From positions 154,630,001-154,694,000 of the forward strand of contig CM059431.1 of NCBI GenBank assembly GCA_030390025.1: DNA of 64,000 nt, given 5' to 3'. The DNA is from Squalus acanthias (Eukaryota). The position numbers were made by a program, and so were the translations under genes. Below, piece by piece: positions 29,501 to 41,500 of the stretch (its first letter is position 1; each line of letters opens with the position of its first letter). The notes beneath the pieces were generated by a model. The model was not told where the DNA came from. It saw only the letters and a list, made by a program, of their open reading frames with translations, and searched no databases.

Positions 29501-32500
29501 TGCTCTCTCCGCTCCCGACACTGGCCTCTGGAAAAAAGCCCGCGAAACTGAGTTTAAATACTCACTGTGCTGCTGCTCTCTCCGCTCCCGACAATGGCCG
29601 CTGGAAAAAGGCACTCGAAATTGAGTTTTAATAATCACTCTGCTGCCCGACTACCCGCTCCTGGCACTGGCTTCTGTAAAAAAAAAACGCGAAAGTGAGT
29701 TTAAATATTCACTGTGCTGCTGCTCTCTCCGCTCCCGACACTGGTCTCTGTAAAAAAAAGCCCGCGAATGGCACCCCTAACAGAGTTTACTGCATGAAAG
29801 ACTCTCGAAAGAACTTCTGTCGCGACAGCAGTTAGTTCAGATAATTCACTGTTTGATAGAGGGCATTTATGTAAATCTGTTCTCATTTATACCTTCAAAG
29901 AAAATGCTGATACTGAAATATCACTAACGTTGGCGAGCTACACGGATTTTCAGCTGCGCAGATTTATCGTTTGCTACCGTCAGAGTCTAGAACATTCAAT
30001 TGAAGAGGTAGTGGAGGCCGTTAGTCAGTCGCTTGTAGATGCAAACGTGCTCACTGAAACAAATAATAAGGTATGTTTCATCTATGTTAGAATCGTATAG
30101 TGTTAAATGAGTCAAACGATTGACGGTTCAGACAGAGTGTATTCTGTGCAGCCCAACGAAATAACCAGTAAATAATGCTGTACTGGTTTAACTTCAGTAG
30201 AAAATTATTGTCCTGTGCCAGTGATTTGAAATTCTCTTCTGAGATATCTGTGTCAAAATTTTTTTTCATGAATTGTCAATGCATGTATTCTTAATAAGGG
30301 AAGAGGATCTCATGGACTAACCGTGATTTTTTAATGGCATCCTTCTGTGCCCAATTATCCTCAGCTGCTCCATCAATGACCTTCCTTCAGAAGGTCAGAG
30401 TTGGGGCTATTCGCTAATGATTGCACAATGTTTAGTTCCGTATGCAATTCCTCAGAAAATTAAGCAGTCCATGCCCGCACGCAGCATGACCCGGACAACA
30501 TCCAAGTTTGAGCCGATAATGACAGTTAACATTTATGCCACGTCAGTTTCAGGTGCTGGCTACTTGCAACTAGAGAAAGTCTAACCCATTACCATTGACA
30601 TTCAATGGCTTTACCATCGGCGTTCTACCACCATCAGTGTCCCGGTGATCACCACTAAAACCAGCTTTGAGAATTTACTGCCAAACCTCTTGCAGTTAAC
30701 GTTATTCCAGTAGCCAAGCCACTCGAAATGAGTAATTGAATAAGACAAAACATGCAGCGCAAGCAACACTCATCATCATTACAGTCCAATGGACAACCAG
30801 GTTCTAAGTCAAAACTGTAATAATTACATAACTAAAATCTCATGTGAATAATTTTACATGACACATACGAACTTAACATCATGTCATTTCCTACGATCAC
30901 GGCCGAGATGTTCCGCCCATTCTCCATCAAAACGTCCGTGCGTTTTGAATTGTATTGAGCCATTGTCGGTGGCGCGGAATGAACAATTTCTTCTGAACAG
31001 AACCAAATGGTTTCTTCCATTCTACATCTTGCTAAGCCCCACCCCTACCTCGGCCCAAAACTCAGGGACGTCAACACACCTAGCCTCTCCCGAGGCCACA
31101 TCCTCTCACCTTAGGAATGATATAATGTCGCATTTCATAAAATAACCCTAGTCTAATCTATGATGTTTATCTGCTCCCTTTCTCCAATACCTCCTAACTT
31201 ATGTAACACAAATGTAAAGAGACATATTACTGTCAATAATGCTGTGATGTTCAAGGTACAGTTTGTCTGAGTGTATGATATAATGATGTGATCGACGTGG
31301 CTTTTATAAGGGCTGGATTGGGAAATGAATTGTGCTCTGTTACCTGATGATCATGGTAACTTAAGTTGTATGCAAAGAGCGATCGTTCATTAATAACAGA
31401 TTCAGTTGCAGAATTGGATCAATTAACGTGATTCTTGGAATGAATGAAAAACTCAATGAAGTAATTGGAAAAGAAAGTCAGACATGAGTAAAACTGGGCT
31501 GCCAATTCACTTCAGCGCGTTTGAACCAATGGGCCAACACTGTCCAACAACTTGTGACCCATTCTTTATGGTTGTCAACTTGTGCAATCTGAGTTTCTAA
31601 AAAACTAACTGTGAGCTTTGCAAAATATGAATGTCCTTAACTACCAATAATTATTCGTTTTGTTCGTATCCTATAACTGTAACCGTAGTTTTGTGCTTTG
31701 ATTTTGCACTTTCCCCTTTTCCAGCAATTAGTTTCTGGTTATAATGAGAGAAAGTCCAGTCGACTTGGGTGTCTCAAAGCTGAACTTTTCTAGCTCTGTA
31801 ACCTCTTCCAATCCTACAACCTGTCGAGATCCAGGCGCTGAGCCAATTCTTACCTCTTGTGCATCCCCCATTGCCATCGCTCCACCATTGATGGCCTTGC
31901 CTTACGCGGATTTGACCCTAAGCTCTGGTATTCACAACCGAAACCACTGTGAATCTGCATCTCTCTCTTTTCTAAGACTCTCTTTACATCTACTCTGTGA
32001 CCAAGCTTTGGTCACCTATACTAATATCTTCCTCTGATCCTTGCTGTTACATTTTATTTGATAACACTCCCATTGCAACGATTTGGGACGTTTTACTATG
32101 CTAGTTCTTGTTGTCTCTACTTAATTCTCATCGCAGGCATGCCTCCTCTGACTAATGGCATATCTTCCTTTTATTCGCTTATGGTAGCTAGGCGTCGCTG
32201 GCAAGGATAGCATTTATTGCTCATCCCTTAATTGTTTTCTGCATTAACTACCGATTCTGAGCGTTTCATCTCTCTCCTAAGGAAAGCTAGATATAGAAAA
32301 GAAGTTCCATATCCGAGTTTGTACATTACTTCTGCATATATGATGCAAAAATCATTTTTGTTAGGAAATCAGATCACTAGCTGAATGCCACCGCAGAAGC
32401 GATGCATCCAAACTCATTTGCGATACCGTGCTGGAAAAGGGAGCGCGGGGAGAAAGAACAATGTGGAACATATTGCTTAAACTGCAGAACACCAAACCCA

Positions 32501-35500
32501 AGCTGAAAATGACATTGTCAGAGATAGAGAATGGATGTACAGAGGGAGAAAGTGATCTAGAAGGTTAGTAGTAACCAAATCTAATTTCCCGTTAGTATAA
32601 CGAAGTTTTATTTAAGATGAGTACTATATTTAACTCGGTTATGTGATGTGGGTGCCGCTGCCAAGGCAGGCATTTATTACCCATCCCTAGTTGCCCTTGA
32701 GAATGTGGTGGTTCGCCGCTATCCTGAAACACTGCAGTCCATGTGGTGAAGGTTCTCCCAAAATGCTGTTGGGGAGGCAGTGTCATGCGTTTGACAAAGC
32801 GTCATTGAAGGAACGGCGATATACTTCCAAGAGAGGATGGTGTGTGTCTTGGAGGGGAATTTGGAAGTGGTGGTGTTCCCAGGCGCCTGATACTCTTGAC
32901 CTTCTGGTTGGTAGAGGTCGCGGGTTTCGGATGTACTGGTGAAGTAGCATTGACGAGTTACTGCAGTGTATCTTGCAGATGGTCCACTCTGCAGCCACTG
33001 GGTGGCAGTGGGGAAGGGACTGGATGCTACGAATTTATACAGGCTTGTGTGAGTTTTATAATCGATTCCTTGAACGACCTTTGGCACTGCCCGTTATAAA
33101 TTTCAGCTTGGTCAGAGCTCCACGACTCCGATGCAAATTCACCTTTTGTTCCACGGATCCGTGTTGCCCTCATTAACGGACCTACTTTGATTCCTTAAAC
33201 CACATTGATAATTTGTGAAAGGCTCCTACTCATCCTCAAATCTCTCGCCTACCTTATCTCTAAAGTCGTCTTCACGTCCCCTCTGTTTCCCTGCAGTCCC
33301 TCCTATCCCTTGCTGTGGTCTCTTGTGTACCATTTCATCAGCGCCGAACTCCAGATATACAAATCATACACACCGACTGGAACTCAGCTCCTATCAGCTT
33401 CCATCTCGGTACTTCTTACTTATTTAAACAACGACCACACATAGCCAGGCCAGCGTTGTTTCTCTTAACTCCAGCAGAACAGTCAGCGTTAATTCTGAAT
33501 ACCATCTGTGTAAGGCACCACTAGCAATGTTCACTGCTTGAAAGTATCTCTAAAGAACTTTTGTCGCGATAGCAGTTTGTTCCGAGTATTCACTCTTTCA
33601 TAACGTTTATGTTAATCTGTTCTCATTTACAACTTCACAGAACATGCAGATACTGAAATATCACTAACGTTGGCGAGCTACACGGATTTCCAGCTGCGCA
33701 GAGTTATCGTTTGCTATCGTCAGAGACTAGAACAGTCAATTGAAGAGGCAGTGGAGGCCGTTAGTCAGTCGCTTGTAGATGCAAACGTGCTTGCTGAAAA
33801 AAATCATAAGGTATGTCTCATCTATGTTAGAATCGTATAGTGTTAAATGAGTTAAACGATTGACTGTTTAGACAGGGAGTATTCTGTTCAACCCAACGAT
33901 ATAAGCAGTAAATAACGCTGTACTGGTTTAACTTCAGTAGACAATCTGAAATTAATGTCCTGAGCCAGTGATTAGAAATACTCTTCTGAGATATTAATGT
34001 TAAATTTATTTTTCATGAATTGTCAATGCATGCATTCTTAATAACATAACAGTACCTCATGGACGAACCGTGATTTTTTAATAGCAGCCTTCTGTGCCCA
34101 AGTATCGTCAGCTGCTTCATCAATGACCTTCCTTCAAAAGGTCAGATTTGGGGCTATTCGCTAATTATTGCACAATGTTTAGTTCCGTTCGCAATTCCTC
34201 AGAAAATGAAGCAGTCCATGCCTGCACGCAGCATGACCCAGACAACATCCACGTTTGGGCCGATCAGTGACAGATAACATTTATGCCACGTAAGTTTCAG
34301 GTACTTGCTACTTGCAACTAGAGAAAGTCTAATATTTTACCATTGACATTCAATCGCTTTACCATCGGCGTTCTACTTCCATGAGTGTCCCGGTGATCAC
34401 CAATAAAACCATCTCTGAGAATTTACTGCCAAACATATTTCAGTTAACGTTATAACAGTAGCCAAGCCACTCGAAGTGATTCATTGAATAAGACAAAACA
34501 TGCAGCGCAAGCAACACACATCATCATTACAGTCCAATGGACAACCAGATGCTAAGTCAAAACTGTTATAATCACATAATTCAAATATCATGTGAAAAGT
34601 TAAAAAACACATACGAACTTAACAGTATGACATTTCCTACGATCACGGCCGAGATTTTCCACCCATTTTCCATCAAAATGGCCGTGCGTTTCGAATTGTA
34701 TTGAGCCATTGCCGGTAGGCGCGGAATAAAACAATTTCTGCTGAACATATCCAATTGGTTTCTTCCATTCTACATCTTGCTAAGTCCCACCCCTACGTCG
34801 GCCCAAAACTCAGGAAGGTCAACACCCCTAGCCACTCCCGAGGCCACATCCTCTCACCTCAGGAATGCCATAATGTCGCATTCATAAAATAATCCTAGTC
34901 TAATCTATGATGTTTATCGGCTCCCTGTCTCCAATACCTCCTCACTTATGTAACACAAATGTAAAGAGACATAGTACTTTAAGTAAAGCTGGGAATTTCA
35001 TGGTACAGTTTGTCTGAGGGTATGATATAATGATGTGATCGACGTGGCTTATATAAGGGCAGGGTTGGGAAATGAAATGTGCTCTGTCACCTGAAGATCA
35101 TGATGTGGAGATGCCGGTGTTGGACTGGGGCGGACAAAAATGAGAAGTCGCACAACACCAGGTTATAGTCCAACAGTTTTATTTGAAATCACACGCTTTC
35201 GGAGCTGCTGCTCCTTCGGCGGGTGAAGTAAAGAGATACAGAATCGCCAAAGCATATATAGATAGAGAACAATGCATGTGTACCTTACAATGGCTTCGAC
35301 TAAATTTAATCATCCTGACTGTTTATCTGCCGAGGTGTGACAAAAGGCAATCAGGTCAGCCAGGAAGGTACCACATCAAAGACATAGCAAGATACAACTG
35401 AGAAAATGAGGTGGAGTTACAGGGGGTCTAACGTGCCAAAAGCTGCAGTCGGTATGTAAAACGATAAACTTTAAAATGTTTACTTTTTTACTGGGAATCG

Positions 35501-38500
35501 CATCTGTGAACAAGCCAACGACGACTCGAGTTTGGATCACGTCATGTATCGTGACATAAACCCAAGATCCCGGTTGAGACCGTCCTCATGAGTGCAGAAC
35601 TTGGCTATCAGTTTCTGCTCGATGATTTTGCGTTGTCGTGTATTTCTAAGGCCGCCTTGGAGAACTCTTACCCGCAGATCCGAGGCTGAATGTCCTTGAC
35701 TGCTGAAGTGTTCCCCGACTGGGAGGGAACACTCCTGCCTGGTGATTGTTGCGCGGTGTCCGTTCATACGTTGTCTCAGTGTCTGCAAGGTCTCGCCGAT
35801 GTACCATGCCACGGTGCATTCATTCCTGCAACGTATGAGGTAGACAAAGTTGGCCGAGTCAAATGAGTATGTACCATGTACCTGGTGGGTAGTGTCCTCA
35901 CGTGTGATGATGGTATCTGTGTTGATGACCTGGCATGTCTTGCAGAGGTTGCCGTGGCAGGGTTGTGTTGTGTCGTGGTCGCTGTTATCCTGAAAGCTGG
36001 GTAATTAGCTGCGAACGATGGTACTTCTGAGGTTAGGTGGCTGTTTGAAGGCAAGTAGTGGAGGCGTGGGGATGGCCTTAGCGAGGTGTTCATCGTTATC
36101 GATGACTTGTTGAAGGCTGCGAAGAACATGGCTTAGTTTCTCCGCTCCGGGGAAGTACTGGACGACGTAGGGTACCCTGTTGGTTGTGTCCCGTGTTCGC
36201 CTTCTAAGGAGGTCTATGCGATTTTTCGCTGTGGCCCGTCGGAACTGTCGATCGATGAGTCGAGCGACATATCCCGTTCTTCCGAGGGCGTTTTTCAGCG
36301 TCCGTAGGTGTCCATCGCGTTCCTCCTCGTCTGAGCAGATCCTGTGTATTCGGAGGGCTTGTCCATAGGGGATGGCTTCTTTAACGTGGTTAGGGTGGAA
36401 GCTGGCGAAGTGGAGCATCGTGAGGTTGTCCGTGGGCTTGCGGTAGAGTGAAGTGCTTAGTTGTCACTCTTTGATGGAGATTCGTGTGTCCAGGAATGAA
36501 ACCGATTCTGAGGAGTAGTCCATGGTGAGTTTGATGGTGGGATGGAACTTGTTTATGTTATCGTGTAGTCTTTTCAGTGATCCTTCGCCATGGGTCCAAA
36601 GGAAGAAAATGTCGTCGATGTATCTGGTGTACAGCGTTGGTTGGAGGTCCTGTGCAGCGAAGAAGTCTTGCTCGAACTTGTGCATGAAGATGTTGGCGTA
36701 TTGGGGTGCGAATTTGGTCCCCATGGCTGTTCCGTGTGTTTGGGTAAAAAAATAGTTGTCGAAGGTGAAGACATTGTGATCAAGGATGAAGCGGATGAGT
36801 TGTAGGATGGCGTCTGGAGATTGGCTGTTGTTGGTGTTGAGCACTGAGGCTGTCGCAGCGATGCCGTCATCGTGGGGGATACTGGTGTAGAGTGCCGATA
36901 CGTCCATCGTGGCAAGGAGTGTTCCTGGTTCAACTGTTCCATGGGTGCTGAGTTTTTGTAAGAAGTCTGTAGTGTCGCGGCAGAAGCTGGGGGTTCCCTG
37001 TACGATGGGTTTCAGAATGCCCTCGACGTATCCAGAGAGGTTCACACACAGGGTTCCGTTGCCTGATACGATAGGACGTCCGGGTGTGTTGGCTTTGTGT
37101 ATCTTTGGGAGGCAGTAGAAGTCTCCCACGCGGGCAGTACGTGGCATGAGAGCGCGTAGGATGTTTTGAAGGTCTGGATCGAAGGTCTTGATCAGTCTAT
37201 TGAGTTGGCGGGTGTGTTCTTTGGTCGGATCTGCGGGTAGCTGTCTGTAGTGTTCCTGGTTGTCCAGTTGTCGGTATGCTTCTTTGCAATAGTCCATTCT
37301 GCTCTGTATGACGATGGCTCCTCCTTTATCCGCTGGTTTGATGTCGATGTTGCGGTTGGTCTTGAGAGCGTGAATGGCATTGCGTTGTGCTCGGGTGACA
37401 TTCTGGACTGTCTTGTGAGTGCGGCTGATGAATCTGGCGTCGATACATCTCCTGACAGCTTGAGCATACATGTCAAGCTTGGGGCAGCGACCCTCCGGAG
37501 TGGTCCATTTTGACTCTTATTTCTTCGGTTGCTGCACTGCGAGTCCCTCTGTCTGCTGTTCTGGATCATTGATTGTCTGATTGGGTTTGTTGCTGACATC
37601 TTGTGATTTGTGGAAGTATTCCCGCAGCCTCATTCTCCTGATGAATTCCACCGTGTCTGCCGCGAGACCGATGGGGTCCATTTTGGTGTTGGGGCAGAAC
37701 TTGAGCCCTAGGGCGAGAACTTCGATTTCGTCTGGTTGAAGGGTATGGTCGGACAAATTGACGATGGATTCAAAAAGGGAGCATTCGTTAATAACAGATT
37801 CAGTTGCAGAATTGGATCTTCAGGAATGATATAAGGAATGATTCAAAAAGAAATATCCAAGTTTGTGTTAACACCATCATCACATAACTCTTATTGTATA
37901 AAGCGTTCGTTGTCTTACACAAAATAATGTAAAAGTGATAGAAGAAGAGTTATACAGACAAATTGGAGATAATGCAGCAATAACAATAACAGTGATTGGT
38001 GACTATAAATATCCAAAGTACAAAAGTAACCTAAGTGGGGAAGGGAGGCCGTGGTGTCTGAAGCTTGTCCAGGACATTATTCAGCTAGCTACAATTTTGG
38101 ACGACAAGAAAGGATTGAGCATTTCATCTATTTCTCGAAATGGGCAGGGGCTAGTCAGTGTGGTAAGGGTAGTGAAACACTACCAATGATATCGTTAGAA
38201 TTCATATGAATTATGAAATGTTTCCTTACAATCAAAACAATACATATGTTAAAGGATTAAATCTAATGTCAACGAGGCTGACATATTAGCTCAGTTATAT
38301 TGTGGCCGATATGATCAAATAATATCGTGGGTATGCAATAGGAAGATAGACAACGATAGCAAAATACTGCGGATGCTGGAAATCCGAAATAACAACAGAA
38401 AACGCTGGAAAAACTCAGCAGGCCAGGCAGCATCCGTGGAGAGAGAAAGAGAGTTAACGTTTAAAGGTCATCGACCTGAAACGTTAACTCTCTTTCTCTC

Positions 38501-41500
38501 TCCACGGATGCTGCCTGGCCTGCTGAGTTTTTCCAGCGTTTTCGGAAGATAGACAATATAATTTTCCAATACAAGATACACAAATCACACGGGAATTGTA
38601 GCATTTCAGGGCAGAGAAGAATTACTTGGGCTTGCAGAGATAATGAAATAAACAATAGATTCAAAATTGAATATCTGAGTGTAGGGCTAGTTATATTAAA
38701 CAAATGTAGGAAGCCTGGGTAAGATAGTGAACATTTAATCGATGAATGAGTGGCCGGTGACAGATTTCGAGAGAAGGACCCTATTTCTTATACACTTCAA
38801 GGAGACATGGTACACAAAGTAACGAGCGATGTAGAGATGAAATGGGAATGGTTCATCCAGAGGACGACTGATTCACTGAAATGCTGTTGGTACTTTTTCG
38901 ATGAATTAACGTGATACTTGGAATGAATGAAAAACTCATTTAAGTCAATGGACAGAATGTCAGACGCGAGTAAACTGGGCTGTCAATATGCTTCAGCGCG
39001 TTTGACCAAATTGACCAACAACATAGAAACATAGAATCTAGGAGCAGGAGTAGGCCATTCGGCCCATCGAGCCTGCTCCACCATTCAATACGATCATGGC
39101 AGATCATTCAAATCCAGTATCCTGTCCCTGCTTTAATCCCCACAGTACACATATCCCACCCTACCCCCGTAACCCCACGTATTTAATTCCTCCGAACATA
39201 TCCCATCCTATCCCCATAACCCCACATATTGAATCCCCCCCTAGCACTAAGGGTCAATTTATCATAGCCAAATCAACCTAACCCGCACATTTTTGGACTG
39301 TGGGAGGAAACCGGAGCACCCGGAGGAAACCCACGCAGACTTGGGAGAATGTGCAAACTCCACACAGACAGTCACTCGAGGTCAGATTCGAACCCGGGTC
39401 CCTGGCGCTGTGAGGCACCAGTGCTAACCACTATGCCACCGTGTGACCCATTTTTATGGTTGTCAGCTTGCGCAATATGAGCTTTTAAAAAACTATCAGT
39501 GAGCTTTGAAAAATATTAAGTTGCTTAACTGCCAATAGTTATTGGTTTTGATCGTATCCTATATCTGTAACCGTAGCTTTGTGCTTTCATTTTGCACTTA
39601 AACCTTTTCCATCAACCAGTTGCTGGTTATAATGAGAGAAAGATCAGTTGCCCTGGGTGTCTCAAAGCTGCTCCTTTCTGTCTCTGTAAACTCTTCCAAT
39701 CCTACAAACTGTCGAGTATCAGGCGCTGGCCCAATTCTTATCTCTTGTGCATTCCCCATTTCCATCGCTACACCATTGATGGCCTTGCCTTAAGCGGTTT
39801 AGATACTAAGCTCTGGTATTCCCTCCCAAACCACTATGAATCTCTAACTCTCTCTTCTGTAAGACTCTCTTTAAATCTACTCTGTGACCAAGCTTTGGTC
39901 ACCTGTCCTAATAACTTCATCTGATGCTTGGTGTTACATTTTGTTTGATAACACTCCCTTTGCAACGCTTTGTGACGTTTTACTACGCGAGTTTTTGTTG
40001 TTTCTACGTAATTCTCATTGCAGGCACGCCTCCTGTCTGACAAATGGCGTATCTTCCTTTTATTCGCTTATGGGATCTGGGCGTCGCTGTCAAGGACAGC
40101 ATTTATTGCTCATCCCTTAATTGTTTTCTGCATTAACTCCCGATTCTGAGCGTTTTATCTATCTCCGATGGAAAGCTTGAAATCGAAAAGACGTTTCTAA
40201 TCCGAGTTTTTACATTACTTCTCTATATATGATTGCAATATACATTCTTGTTAGGAAATCGGATCCCCAGCTGAAGGTCACCGCAGAAGCGATGCATCGC
40301 AACTCATTTTCGATACCGTGCTGGAAAAGGGAGCTCGGGGAGAAAGAACAATGTGGAACATCTTGCTTCAACTGCAGAACACCAAACCCAAGCTGAAAAT
40401 GACATTGTCAGAGATACAGAACAGATGTACAGAGGGAGAAAGTGATCTAGGAGGTTGGTGTTATACAAATCTAATTTTCCGTTGGAATAAGAAAGTTTTA
40501 TTTAAGGTGAGAATTATATTTTATTCTTTTAAGGAATGTGGGCATCACTGGCAAGACCAGCATTTATTGCCCATCCCTAGTTGCACTTGCGAAGTTGTTG
40601 GGTAACCGCTTTCCTGAAACGCTGCAGTCGATGTGGTGAAGGTAAACCCACAATGTTGTTGGAGAGGGAGTGCCATGAGTTTGACACAGCGACAATGAAG
40701 GAAAGCGATATACTTTAAAGTTAAGATGGTGTGTGAGTTGGAGGGGAAAATGGAAGTAGTGGTGTTCCCAGGCGCCTGCTGCTCTTGTCCTTCTAGGTGG
40801 TAGATCTCGTGGAATTGGTGGGTACGTCGAAGAAGCCTTGACGAGTTCCCACAGTGACTCTTGCAGATGGAACACTCTGCAGCCACGATGTGGCAGTGGG
40901 GAAGGGACTGGATGCTACTAATTGATTCATGCTTGTATGAGTTTTATACTTTATTCCTTAAACGAACTTTGGCACTGCCCGTTATAAATTTCAGCTTGGA
41001 CAGTGACCAATACTCCTATTCAAATTCACCCTTAATTCCACGGCTCCGTGATGCCCACATTATCTGACCTACTTTAATTAATTATCCCATATTGACCATT
41101 TGTGAAAAGTTCCTGCTCATCGTAAAAGCCCTCCCCCACTTTATCTCTAAAGTCGTCTTCAAAACCCGTCTTTTGCACTCATGTCACTCCTCTCCCCTTG
41201 CTGTGGACTCCAGTGTACAAGTTCATCTGCTCCGGACTCCAGACATAGACTTCTTTCACACCGACTGGAACTCAGTTCCTATGAGCTTCCATCTCTTCAC
41301 GTCTTACTTATTTTAAGCATCGACCATATGTTGCAAGGCCTGGTTAGTTCTCTTATTTCCAGCAAAACAATCTGCGTTAATTCCGAATTCCACCTCTGTA
41401 AGGCTCCACTGGCAGTGTCACCGCTAAACAACTGCTGTCGCGATAACAGTTAGTTCAGAGTATTCACTGTTCCATAGCGGGCATTTATGTTAATCTGTTC

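Noticed and set aside
29222..29769. CRISPR-like appearance of spaced palindromic repeats
   Set aside because: There are no unique spacers because the whole 73-bp unit repeats, there are no cas genes, and the context is a eukaryotic LINE 5' UTR.
39370..39443. Possible tRNA gene
   Set aside because: It is the tRNA-derived head of a SINE, continuous with the V-domain and LINE tail.
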